Below, piece after piece: positions 43,304 to 58,900 of a DNA stretch of 64,000 bases (positions within the stretch are counted from its first letter, which is position 1; every line of letters begins with the position of its first letter). This stretch comes from Macrostomum lignano. Taxonomy: Eukaryota. Below the pieces are notes generated by a model. That model was not told the origin of the DNA and did no database searches. It saw only the letters and a program-made list of their open reading frames with translations. Where the stretch lies: the NCBI GenBank assembly GCA_002269645.1, contig NIVC01001925.1, forward strand, positions 157,225-221,224, written 5' to 3'. A program made the translations under genes and the position numbers.

Positions 43304-45248
43304 GGCTGTGTAGATCTCTCGAGATGCTATATTAAAAAGCTTTGCGCACCTGTTATTTAATCGAATTTATAACATTTTCACACCGTTATATGATATTCTT
43401 ATGCCAATTTTGCTTGGTTCAAACTCTCGGTGTAAATGTAGAGTTCATGCTTCAACCAAATTTAATATTAAAAAGCTAAAAAGCTGACAAGAAAAAATTA
43501 TTTTATTTCTTGGAAATATTGCAGCTAATTTAAACCACACAATTAATACTTCTGGGATACCTAATAATTTAAAGATCCAAGTCAAGTCAAAATTTGAAAT
43601 TGAGTTATTTTTTAAGCTTTAATATATCAAATTTTGCGATTTTCTGATCTGAAAGGTTATTTTGTTTTTATTGCGCTCCATGTATCAAAGTTTGTGCAGC
43701 AAGTGACCTTCTGTTTGCCTTAGCCACTATTATAGTCTTCTTTCTGCCTTAACTGAACGTGATTGTGCCTACACTGGACCACCTGGGAACTTATTGCACC
43801 ACTTCCATTAATTTTTAATTTATTATGTTTAATTTTGCCTTTATAAGATTTCAGAAGATCTATAATTTATTGTTTCATATTTATGATTGATTTCTATTTT
43901 CCTCTTTTTAAGGTTGAATTTTACCCGGCCTGGCTTTATAATCTGCTTGCAAGTTACTGTATGATATGATACACTCTGCTTATCTACATGTACTTATTCT
44001 GCTTCTGAGACTGCTTCTACATTAAACTGTGTAATAAATTAATTACTATACTAATATATGCGGTTCAACTAATTATGACCAACAATAGTGGCTTAGTAGA
44101 TTTTCTTAGTGGCTTTCGGTATTCGATCTGTGCTGGGCACACAAGTAAAGGCTTTTTCATAACATTATGCAAAATGAATAGTGGCTGTAAAAATCGTGGA
44201 AAGTAATTTAACTAAAAAAAGTTTGTTTAAAATAATAAAATGACGAGAATTCTTAGTAACAATCTGTTTTAACAAAAAGTAATTTGTATTAATTTTCAAA
44301 CGGTTATTGTTTTAAATTTTGTCAACAATTTTCCGGTTTGCTTTTTGTTTGATAATTGACGGGTAAATGTTTAAATATGTTTAAAATGTTTAAATATATT
44401 AAGCTGAAATATAGATCAGACTTGTGAAATATTGCTATAATAAATATTATCGAATTGAAATATTTATCAAGACTCATTCTCTGATTTTATTTCATTTCTT
44501 ATAAGTCTTGCATTCTCTGTTGATGTTTATGAACCTTTGAATTTCCCCTACTACGGTCTTATTTATAACTGTGTTTACAGGCCACTTCATCAATTTTTTT
44601 CGCCATAATTTCCTGTTAACTCTAACAATAACAATTGTCCCGGGAGCTCAGGCACTCCAGCCATTGTTGATTGATCGTTTCTTTGGTAACGAGATTTGCC
44701 TTGCCTTGTGGGTTCAAAATACTTCAGTTTTTCTGAACATTCTGTAGTTGAAATCTGAATGCAGGCTTGGTTTTAAATTTCTGACTTTTGAGCCTAACGG
44801 CCCGGAAAGGGGCTTCAGTCATTTGATAGTTGTTTAAAGACAATTTTTTCTGAATCAGTTTCCTGACACGAACTTAATGAAAAAATAGCCTTTTTTAAAA
44901 AGCCGAATTAAAAGCAAGAAAAGCTACAATGAGTTACAAAAGCCTCATGATACTCAGGAGAGGCTGAGCAGAATTCAATGCAAAGTTAAAATTGAGGCGC
45001 TCACACAGAATAATGGCTTGTATGAAGAATCAAAAATGTCTGTGATGTATTGCATCATCTGGAAGATTTAAATTGCACGACAAGTAAGCTAGCGTTTAAA
45101 ATTGCCAAAATTACAATTACGTTAGAATATAACAAAATTTACACAAAATTTAACTGAAAATTGCAAAATTTCAGCAAACAAGCATGTCCTTCAGAAGGAA
45201 GGATGTCCTTCAGGTTCATTCACGGACACGGTTCGATTTTCCCCGTCG

Positions 45249-47477
<2,229 letters not shown>

Positions 47478-47967
47478 CGCTGACAAACCAGCTGAGACAA
47501 AGGAGATTTGGGGAATATCATTCCATGCAAAAGTTAGAGATCCCCTCTTATTTGGCTTTAAATAGCCCGTCTGGGCGGCAATCCTCTTGTGCGCGAAAGC
47601 AGAGAGGGGGAGAGAGTACAGCCGGAGGAAATGACAAAAGGAGGGAGTCGACAGCCCGCAGCTGAGCTCACCTATAGGAATTTTCTTTACCTAAAATGGA
47701 CGCGGCATGTTTATGACGGGCGGGGTGGCCTGAATCACTCAAAATTTGCCCCGGTGTGAGTGGGGTGCGGCTTGAGTTTGCTGGGGATTTGGGCTGAGTA
47801 ATGGAATATTTAATCTGGACTCGGGGGGAGCGGAACTGCCAGCTGCTGCAGTCTGCAAATCTGATTTACTATGATGACAGCCATCTGTCAGCACACCTGT
47901 CTGATACCTGCCTGTGTCTGCTTGCCTTCCTTCTGCCATCCATTCTGTTAATGTCTTTGATAATGCG

Positions 47968-48409
<442 letters not shown>

Positions 48410-48879
48410 TTTATCGGCATTCTGTCAGCAATAGATCAGCATGCGCACTCGGTTGGTAAAAATAGCCTCTGACTTGAGCTCCACCCCTGAGCTGTACTAT
48501 TGTTTAAGTCTAGCTGACTTTTATTCTGCTTTACATGGCAGAAAAGCTTTTTAAACACTCTCAATCAGACCATGCAGCTACCGAGCTGTCTCAAAAGCTT
48601 CTGCAAAATTTGTTTTTCTTCTCTCAGCAAGTTGCGAACTGAATTGAAACTGCTGGCACGGAATCTGCGAGCTGTGAGAGGCACTTTATATTTGTTTTCG
48701 TTCGGGGGATTCGTGCCTCTGGCAGCTTAGCGACCGATGGAAAGAATTTGTTGCGCGGTGGGCAGCTGCGTGAATGCGTGTGAGTCTGCAGCAGCTCATG
48801 CAGGATGCCTGGCCTGTCCTGAGAGAGCGTCCTGAGCATAGGGAGTCACAACTGGCTGCTTGAGCAAAGACTGGGACTG

Positions 48880-51800
48880 CACTGAGACAGACACTGGGAC
48901 AGACACTGGGACAGACACTGAGACAGACACTGGGACAGACACTGAGACAGACACTGAGACAGACACTGGACAGACACTGAGACAGACACTGGGACAGACA
49001 CTGGGACAGACACTGAGACTGACACTGAGACAGACACTGAGACAGACACTGAGACAGACACTGGGACAGACACTGAGACTGACACTGAGACAGACACTGA
49101 GACAGACACTGAGACAGACACTGGGACAGACACTGAGACAGACACTGGGACAGACACTGAGACAGACACTGGGACAGACACTGAGACAGACACTGGGACA
49201 GACACTGAGACAGACACTGAGACAGACACTGAGACAGACACTGAGACAGACACTGGGACAGACACTGAGACAGACACTGGGACAGACACTGAGACTGACA
49301 CTGAGACAGACACTGAGACAGACACTGAGACAGACACTGGGACAGACACTGAGACTGACACTGAGACTGACACTGAGACAGACACTGAGACAGACACTGG
49401 GACAGACACTGGGACAGACACTGAGACAGACACTGAGACAGACACTGAGACAGACACTGAGACAGACACTGGACAGACACTGAGACAGACACTGAGACTG
49501 ACACTGAGACAGACACTGAGACAGACACTGGACAGACACTGGGACAGACACTGAGACAGACACTGGACAGACACTGGGACAGACACTGAGACAGACACTG
49601 AGACAGACACTGAGACAGACACTGGGACAGACACTGGGACAGACACTAAGACAGACACTGAGACAGACACTGGGACAGACACTGGGACAGACACTGGGAC
49701 AGACACTGAGACAGACACTGGGACAGACACTGAGACAGACACTGGGACAGACACTGAGACAGACACTGGGACAGACACTGAGACAGACACTGGGACAGAC
49801 ACTGAGACAGACACTGGACAGACACTGAGACAGACACTGGGACAGACACTGAGACAGACACTGAGACAGACACTGAGACAGACACTGGGACAGACACTGA
49901 GACAGACACTGACAGACACTGAGACAGACACTGGGACAGACACTGGGACAGACACTGGACAGACACTGAGACAGACACTGGGACAGACACTGGGACAGAC
50001 ACTGAGACAGACACTGAGACAGACACTGGACAGACACTGGGACAGACACTGAGACAGACACTGACAGACACTGACAGACACTGAGACAGACACTGGGACA
50101 GACACTGAGACAGACACTGGGACAGACACTGAGACTGACACTGAGACAGACACTGAGACAGACACTGAGACAGACACTGGGACAGACACTGAGACAGACA
50201 CTGAGACAGACACTGAGACTGACACTGAGACAGACACTGAGACAGACACTGAGACAGACACTGGGACAGACACTGAGACTGACACTGAGACAGACACTGA
50301 GACAGACACTGAGACAGACACTGAGACAGACACTGAGACAGACACTGGACAGACACTGAGACAGACACTGAGACAGACACTGAGACAGACACTGAGACAG
50401 ACACTGGGACAGACACTGAGACTGACACTGAGACAGACACTGAGACAGACACTGAGACAGACACTGGGACAGACACTGGGACAGACACTGAGACAGACAC
50501 TGAGACAGACACTGAGACAGACACTGAGACAGACACTGAGACAGACACTGAGACAGACACTGAGACAGACACTGACAGACACTGAGACAGACACTGGACA
50601 GACACTGGGACAGACACTGAGACAGACACTGAGACAGACACTGAGACAGACACTGGGACAGACACTGGGACAGACACTGGGACAGACACTGGGACAGACA
50701 CTGAGACAGACACTAAGACAGACACTGAGACAGACACTGAGACAGACACTGAGACAGACACTGGGACAGACACTAAGACAGACACTGAGACAGACACTGG
50801 GACAGACACTGGGACAGACACTGGGACAGACACTGAGACAGACACTGAGACAGACACTGGGACAGACACTGGGACAGACACTGGGACAGACACTGGGACA
50901 GACACTGAGACAGACACTGGGACAGACACTGGGACAGACACTGGGACAGACACTGGACAGACACTGGGACAGACACTGGGACAGACACTGAGACAGACAC
51001 TGAGACAGACACTGGGACAGACACTGAGACAGACACTGGACAGACACTGAGACAGACACTGGGACAGACACTGGACAGACACTGAGACAGACACTGAGAC
51101 AGACACTGGGACAGACACTGAGACAGACACTGAGACAGACACTGAGACAGACACTGGGACAGACACTGGACAGACACTGGACAGACACTGAGACAGACAC
51201 TGGGACAGACACTGGGACAGACACTGAGACAGACACTGAGACAGACACTGGGACAGACACTGGGACAGACACTGAGACAGACACTGACAGACACTGAGAC
51301 AGACACTGAGACAGACACTGGACAGACACTGAGACAGACACTGGGACAGACACTGAGACAGACACTGAGACAGACACTGAGACAGACACTGAGACAGACA
51401 CTGGGACAGACACTGAGACAGACACTGGACAGACACTGAGACTGACACTGAGACAGACACTGAGACAGACACTGAGACAGACACTGGGACAGACACTGAG
51501 ACTGACACTGAGACAGACACTGAGACAGACACTGAGACAGACACTGAGACAGACACTGAGACAGACACTGGGACAGACACTGAGACTGACACTGAGACAG
51601 ACACTGAGACAGACACTGAGACAGACACTGGGACAGACACTGAGACTGACACTGAGACAGACACTGAGACAGACACTGAGACAGACACTGGGACAGACAC
51701 TGAGACAGACACTGGGACAGACACTGAGACAGACACTGAGACAGACACTGGACAGACACTGGGACAGACACTGGGACAGACACTGAGACTGACACTGAGA

Positions 51801-52790
51801 CAGACACTGGACAGACACTGGGACAGACACTGGGACAGACACTGACAGACACTGAGACAGACACTGGGACAGACACTGGGACAGACACTGGGACAGACAC
51901 TGGACAGACACTGGGACAGACACTGGGACAGACACTGACAGACACTGACAGACACTGGGACAGACACTGGGACAGACACTGGGACAGACACTGGGACAGA
52001 CACTGGGACAGACACTGGGACAGACACTGAGACAGACACTGGGACAGACACTGGGACAGACACTGACAGACACTGGACAGACACTGGGACAGACACTGGA
52101 CAGACACTGAGACAGACACTGGACAGACACTGGACAGACACTGACAGACACTGGACAGACACTGGGACAGACACTGAGACAGACACTGAGACAGACACTG
52201 AGACAGACACTGGACAGACACTGGACAGACACTGAGACAGACACTGGACAGACACTGGACAGACACTGAGACAGACACTGGGACAGACACTGAGACAGAC
52301 ACTGGACAGACACTGGGACAGACACTGGACAGACACTGGGACAGACACTGAGACAGACACTGGGACAGACACTGAGACAGACACTGGGACAGACACTAGG
52401 ACAGACACTGGGACAGACACTGGACAGACACTAGACAGACACTGGGACAGACACTGGACAGACACTGAGACAGACACTGGGACAGACACTGGACAGACAC
52501 TGGGACAGACACTAAGACAGACACTGGGACAGACACTGGACAGACACTGAGACAGACACTGGGACAGACACTGGGACAGACACTGACAGACACTGGGACA
52601 GACACTGGGACAGACACTGAGACAGATACTAAGACAGACACTGGGACAGACACTAAGACAGACACTGGGACAGACACTGAGACTGACACTGAGACAGATA
52701 CTAAGACAGACACTGGGACAGACACTAAGACAGACACTGGGACAGATACTGAGACAGACACTAAGACAGGCTAAGACAGACACTGGGACA
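48880..52790. repeat. 12-bp satellite (GAGACAGACACT / GGGACAGACACT, with 10-11-bp variants), about 3.9 kb, about 330 units
   Basis: Direct inspection; decays into longer GCTAAGACAG-containing units at 52750-52985. Confidence 0.98.
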
Positions 52791-53439
52791 GACAGAGACT
52801 GGACAGATACTAAGACAGACAGACACTAAGACAGGCGCTAAGACTGACGGAAGGCAGAGACTGGAACAGTTACTAAGACAGACAGACACTAAGACAGGCG
52901 CTAAGACTGACAGGAAGGCAGAGAACAGTTACTAAGACAGACAGACTAAGACAGGCGCTAAGACCGACAGTTTACTAAGACAGAAGCTACTCAAGCTGAG
53001 TTCGCCATCCCAGACAGCGTGACAGGCAGCTCCTAGCCGGTGTCGTCTGTCAGTCACGGTCTTCACAACTGTTTTCTGGTTGAGTGGCCTCAAACTCGAG
53101 CTCAGTGTGGAATGCAGTCGTGTTGCAATGATTCATGTTCGACAGAGCGTGAAATTAGCATAAGGGAGGCTAAAAGCGAGAGTAGCAAGTGATGCAGCAG
53201 TCCGATCAAGTTTCCATCCTAATTTTTTGGCTACCGAGTCAAGCCACACTGAAATATTCCCCTAGCGATCCCAACGCCTTTCTCAAATTATTTTCTGCCA
53301 GCATAATCTCATTAATTATGCCGCGGTTGGGTGCCGCATTCCAATGAAGCGGTATTCGCTAGTTGGACAATTTCTGCCATCCAGAAAAAATGTGTGTCCG
53401 TTTTCTGTTTCTGCTATTCTCTGAAAATAATGCTGGTGA

Positions 53440-53452
53440 GTTGCTAAGCAAC
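53440..53452. promoter_or_regulatory. Palindromic RFX X-box GTTGCTAAGCAAC
   Basis: Both half-sites (GTTGCT / AGCAAC) intact, in a short unique island between repeat arrays. Confidence 0.5.
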
Positions 53453-53764
53453 ATGGCAGTGCAGCATTGGAGGGCAGAAATTTGACAAAAAAACTAGGCA
53501 GAGGCACGGAGCGAGGGGAACGAAAATTTGAAAAATCCTACATCAGTAAAAGAAAAAGCTTGCAGAGATCTTTACAATTGCTGACAAAGACAGCTTTTGC
53601 TCCTAGCATATTTTGCAGCGCTTGGCGTTCTGGCACGCAAATTCAGCAGCCGAGAGACTAACTGGAAATAAAAAAGTAAAAGTCTGGAAACATCCTCTAT
53701 AACCAACCAGGAAGCATGCTCAATGACCGAGAAATTTATACTGTATGACAAGTCGACAAACGAT

Positions 53765-54098
53765 ATGACCCATTGAGAAACATTCTCATGACACATTAGG
53801 AAACACCCTCTATGACCCATTAGGAAACACCCTCTATGACCCATTAGGAAACACTCTCATGACCCATTAGGAAACACTCTCTATGACCCATTAGGAAACA
53901 CTCTCATGACCCATTAGGAAACACTCTCTATGACCCATTAGGAAACACTCTCTATGACCCATTAGGAAACACTCTCTATGACCCATTAGGAAACACTCTC
54001 TATGACCCATTAGGAAACACTCTCTATGACCCATTAGGAAACACTCTCTATGACCCATTAGGAAACACTCTCTATGACCCATTAGGAAACACTCTCTA
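53765..54098. repeat. 24-bp minisatellite (ATGACCCATTAGGAAACACTCTCT), about 14 copies
   Basis: Direct inspection. Confidence 0.97.
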
Positions 54099-54418
54099 GA
54101 AAACATCGAAAACTCTCTATGAACGATCAGGAAAAAAACTTTTATAAAAGCTCAGCAAAAGAATGTGACAAAAACTTTTTATCCATAGCAGAGCAGCGTT
54201 TCATCTAAGCTACCACATGTGCTAGTACACCAGCTCACTAGATTAAGCGCAGACCAGGCCTCTTCTTCCTTCCCCCAATTCGAATAACTGCTCCCACTAC
54301 AGAATCTCTCGGCCGCCTGTGAAGAAAATTCAATTAACTTGACCCAGAGATCTCGCAATGCCGGCTGGTGCTGATGTTCCCTGCGATATTTGCGATTTGC
54401 ATGCGGATGGGGAGCGGC

Positions 54419-54419
54419 T

Positions 54420-54498
<79 letters not shown>

Positions 54499-54499
54499 T

Positions 54500-54575
<76 letters not shown>
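54419..54575 (+). repeat. (GACA)n microsatellite
   Basis: Direct inspection. Confidence 0.98.
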
Positions 54576-55646
54576 CTCTTACGACTGTCTGTGTGTTTAG
54601 CGGGACCTGAGTTATGTTAATGCGTTACGTGGACCACGCAATTCCGGTTAAAAAATAGAGTCTGTTTTGACAACGCGAAAGGCTAGCTAGGGTTATCTTT
54701 TTGTTAACTTGACGGAATAGCCAGTTCGGGGAAACTGTGGTGGTTCACTAACTACGTTTTGGGGACCGGGTTAGGTGGACCGCAAAAAAACAGTTGGTTT
54801 AGTTAGACCTCTTTCGTTGTAGAAAATTTATTGCTTTAAACTGTTCTTTTGAACTAATTAAAACAGAAATTCTCAAAAAGAACAGATAAAAGGGTTACGA
54901 CGTCATTTAATGAAAATATCCCAAGTTCAAACCAATTTATTTAGCATTATTAATCGGGTTAATCGGGTTAAACAAATGTACGATCGCATTAGTTAGTTGC
55001 GTCGCGTGAATACAAGAAGGTGAATGAAAATAAAACATTTTGAAAATAAATACAGAATCATATCAAATGACTGTAAAGTCATTAAAACTAATTTAGGTCA
55101 AAATGTATGCTTCAAATACATGTTAACAAACGTAAGATTCCATTAGTTAAAAAAGGTCATCCGAGTACGAGCCTACAAGAAGTTGAAGGGCATTTTTAAT
55201 AACGACAAAAGTTACTAAAACTGAAATTAAATTGATTTGACTACATCAGTCCTATTATACTGAATGAGTTGGTGAGCAATCATATGATAAGCCAATCATT
55301 TTACCGACTTTCATCTTTTCGTTCACGCAGATGATGGCTTAATCTTCTTATTTTTCTACGAAATATTCTCCTGGACCTTCCCTGCCTCCGTGGTCCCGGA
55401 CCGCTTCTGTTATTGATCTGTCATTGCCTCTCTCACGAATTTCAGCTTACTCAGCCATCGAATCCGCTTTCGTCAGCTCAGCTCTATGATGAACCTTTCT
55501 ATATTTCTCGTCAATTAGTGGTTTGAATCTTCTTTTACAGTTCGTTTTAACCTTCATCTCGGTGAAACGCAGTCAGTCTCGTCGAGCTCAGGCGAACAAA
55601 ATCAACCACAGGCTCCTACAAAGGTAGAAAATAAAATTAACTGACA

Positions 55647-55982
55647 ATCAAACAGACACAGAAATCTGTTCCAGTTGTGTCTGTAGGTTATGTGGACCAC
55701 CTGAGAGCCAGAGCCTCAAACAGACAGAGAAATCTGTTCGAGTTGTGTCTGTAGGTGAGGTGAACCACCTTCTGAGAGCCAAAGCTCAAACAGACTGAGA
55801 GAGCTGCTTCAGTTGTGTCTATAGGTTATGTGGACCACCTAAGAGCCAGAGCCTCAAACAGACAGAGAAATCTGTTCGAGTTGTGTCTGTAGGTTAGGTG
55901 GACCACCTTCTGAGAGCCAAAGCCTCAAACAGACTGAGAGAGCTGCTTCAGTTGTGTCTGTAGGTTATGTGGACCACCTAAG
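55647..55982. repeat. About five diverged 65-69-bp units (AAACAGACAGAGAAATCTGTTCGAGTTGTGTCTGTAGGTTAGGTGGACCACCT..GAGAGCCAGAGCCTC) at the satellite edge
   Basis: Alternating variants, homologous to part of the 238-bp unit. Confidence 0.88.
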
Positions 55983-58900
55983 AGCCAGAGCCTCAAACAG
56001 ACAGAGAAATCTGTTCGAGTTGTGTCTGTAGGTTAGGTGGACCAGCTACTCCAAAGCACTTCTAGGCGATAATCTGAGCCAGGAATCTCCGAGAGCCTCT
56101 CGTTACACATCCAGATGTTCTGCCTTGATGCTGGACTAGCTCACTTTCTAGGAATATGTTCTGATTGCATTCTAACAAACTGAAGCATTCTCGGCACTAA
56201 ACTTTCTCGGCGGCTCTGAGAGCCAGAGCCTCAAACAGACAGAGAAATCTGTTCGAGTTGTGTCTGTAGGTTAGGTGGACCAGCTACTCCAAAGCACTTC
56301 TAGGCGATAATCTAAGCCATGAATCTCCGAGAGCCTCTCGTTACACATCCAGATGTTCTGCCTTGATGCTGGACTAGCTCACTTTCTAGGAATCTGTTCT
56401 GATTGCATTCTAACAAACTGAAGCATTCTCGGCACTAAACTTTCTCGGCGGCTCTGAGAGCCAGAGCCTCAAACAGACAGAGAAATCTGTTCGAGTTGTG
56501 TCTGTAGGTTAGGTGGACCAGCTACTCCAAAGCACTTCTAGGCGATAATCTGAGCCAGGAATCTCCGAGAGCCTCTCGTTACACATACAGATGTTCTGCC
56601 TTGATGCTGGACTAGCTCACTTTCTAGGAATCTGTTCTGATTGCATTCTAACAAACTGAAGCATTCTCGGCACTAAACTTTCTCGGCGGCTCTGAGAGCC
56701 AGAGCCTCAAACAGACAGAGAAATCTGTTCGAGTTGTGTCTGTAGGTTAGGTGGACCAGCTACTCCAAAGCACTTCTAGGCGATAATCTGAGCCAGGAAT
56801 CTCCGAGAGCCTCTCGTTACACATACAGATGTTCTGCCTTGATGCTGGACTAGCTCACTTTCTAGGAATCTGTTCTGATTGCATTCTAACAAACTGAAGC
56901 ATTCTCGGCACTAAACTTTCTCGGCGGCTCTGAGAGCCAGAGCCTCAAACAGACAGAGAAATCTGTTCGAGTTGTGTCTGTAGGTTAGGTGGACCAGCTA
57001 CTCCAAAGCACTTCTAGGCGATAATCTGAGCCAGGAATCTCCGAGAGCCTCTCGTTACACATCCAGATGTTCTGCCTTGATGCTGGACTAGCTCACTTTC
57101 TAGGAATATGTTCTGATTGCATTCTAACAAACTGAAGCATTCTCGGCACTAAACTTTCTCGGCGGCTCTGAGAGCCAGAGCCTCAAACAGACAGACAAAT
57201 CTGTTCGAGTTGTGTCTGTAGGTTAGGTGGACCAGCTACTCCAAAGCACTTCTAGGCGATAATCTAAGCCATGAATCTCCGAGAGCCTCTCGTTACACAT
57301 CCAGATGTTCTGCCTTGATGCTGGACTAGCTCACTTTCTAGGAATCTGTTCTGATTGCATTCTAACAAACTGAAGCATTCTCGGCACTAAACTTTCTCGG
57401 CGGCTCTGAGAGCCAGAGCCTCAAACAGACAGAGAAATCTGTTCGAGTTGTGTCTGTAGGTTAGGTGGACCAGCTACTCCAAAGCACTTCTAGGCGATAA
57501 TCTGAGCCAGGAATCTCCGAGAGCCTCTCGTTACACATACAGATGTTCTGCCTTGATGCTGGACTAGCTCACTTTCTAGGAATCTGTTCTGATTGCATTC
57601 TAACAAACTGAAGCATTCTCGGCACTAAACTTTCTCGGCGGCTCTGAGAGCCAGAGCCTCAAACAGACAGAGAAATCTGTTCGAGTTGTGTCTGTAGGTT
57701 AGGTGGACCAGCTACTCCAAAGCACTTCTAGGCGATAATCTGAGCCAGGAGTCTCCGAGAGACTTTCGTTACACATCCAGATGTTCTGCCTTGATGCTGG
57801 ACTAGCTCACTTTCTAGGAATCTGTTCTGATTGCATTCTAACAAACTGAAGCATTCTCGGCACTAAACTTTCTCGGCGGCTCTGAGAGCCAGAGCCTCAA
57901 ACAGACAGAAATCTGTTCGAGTTGTGTCTGTAGGTTAGGTGGACCAGCTACTCCAAAGCACTTCTAGGCGATAATCTGAGCCAGGAATCTCCGAGAGCCT
58001 CTCGTTACACATCCAGATGTTCTGCCTTGATGCTGGACTAGCTCACTTTCTAGGAATCTGTTCTGATTGCATTCTAACAAACTGAAGCATTCTCGGCACT
58101 AAACTTTCTCGGCGGCTCTGAGAGCCAGAGCCTCAAACAGACAGAGAAATCTGTTCGAGTTGTGTCTGTAGGTTAGGTGGACCAGCTACTCCAAAGCACT
58201 TCTAGGCGATAATCTGAGCCAGGAATCTCCGAGAGCCTCTCGTTACACATCCAGATGTTCTGCCTTGATGCTGGACTAGCTCACTTTCTAGGAATCTGTT
58301 CTGATTGCATTCTAACAAACTGAAGCATTCTCGGCACTAAACTTTCTCGGCGGCTCTGAGAGCCAGAGCCTCAAACAGACAGAGAAATCTGTTCGAGTTG
58401 TGTCTGTAGGTTAGGTGGACCAGCTACTCCAAAGCACTTCTAGGCGATAATCTGAGCCAGGAATCTCCGAGAGCCTCTCGTTACACATCCATGTTCTACC
58501 TTGATGCTGGACTAGCTCACTTTCTAGGAATCTGTTCTGATTGCATTCTAACAAACTGAAGCATTCTCGGCACTAAACTTTCTCGGCGGCTCTGAGAGCC
58601 AGAGCCTCAAACAGACAGACAAATCTGTTCGAGTTGTGTCTGTAGGTTAGGTGGACCAGCTACTCCAAAGCACTTCTAGGCGATAATCTGAGCCAGGAAT
58701 CTCCGAGAGCCTCTCGTTACACATACAGATGTTCTGCCTTGATGCTGGACTAGCTCACTTTCTAGGAATCTGTTCTGATTGCATTCTAACAAACTGAAGC
58801 ATTCTCGGCACTAAACTTTCTCGGCGGCTCTGAGAGCCAGAGCCTCAAACAGACAGAGAAATCTGTTCGAGTTGTGTCTGTAGGTTAGGTGGACCAGCTA

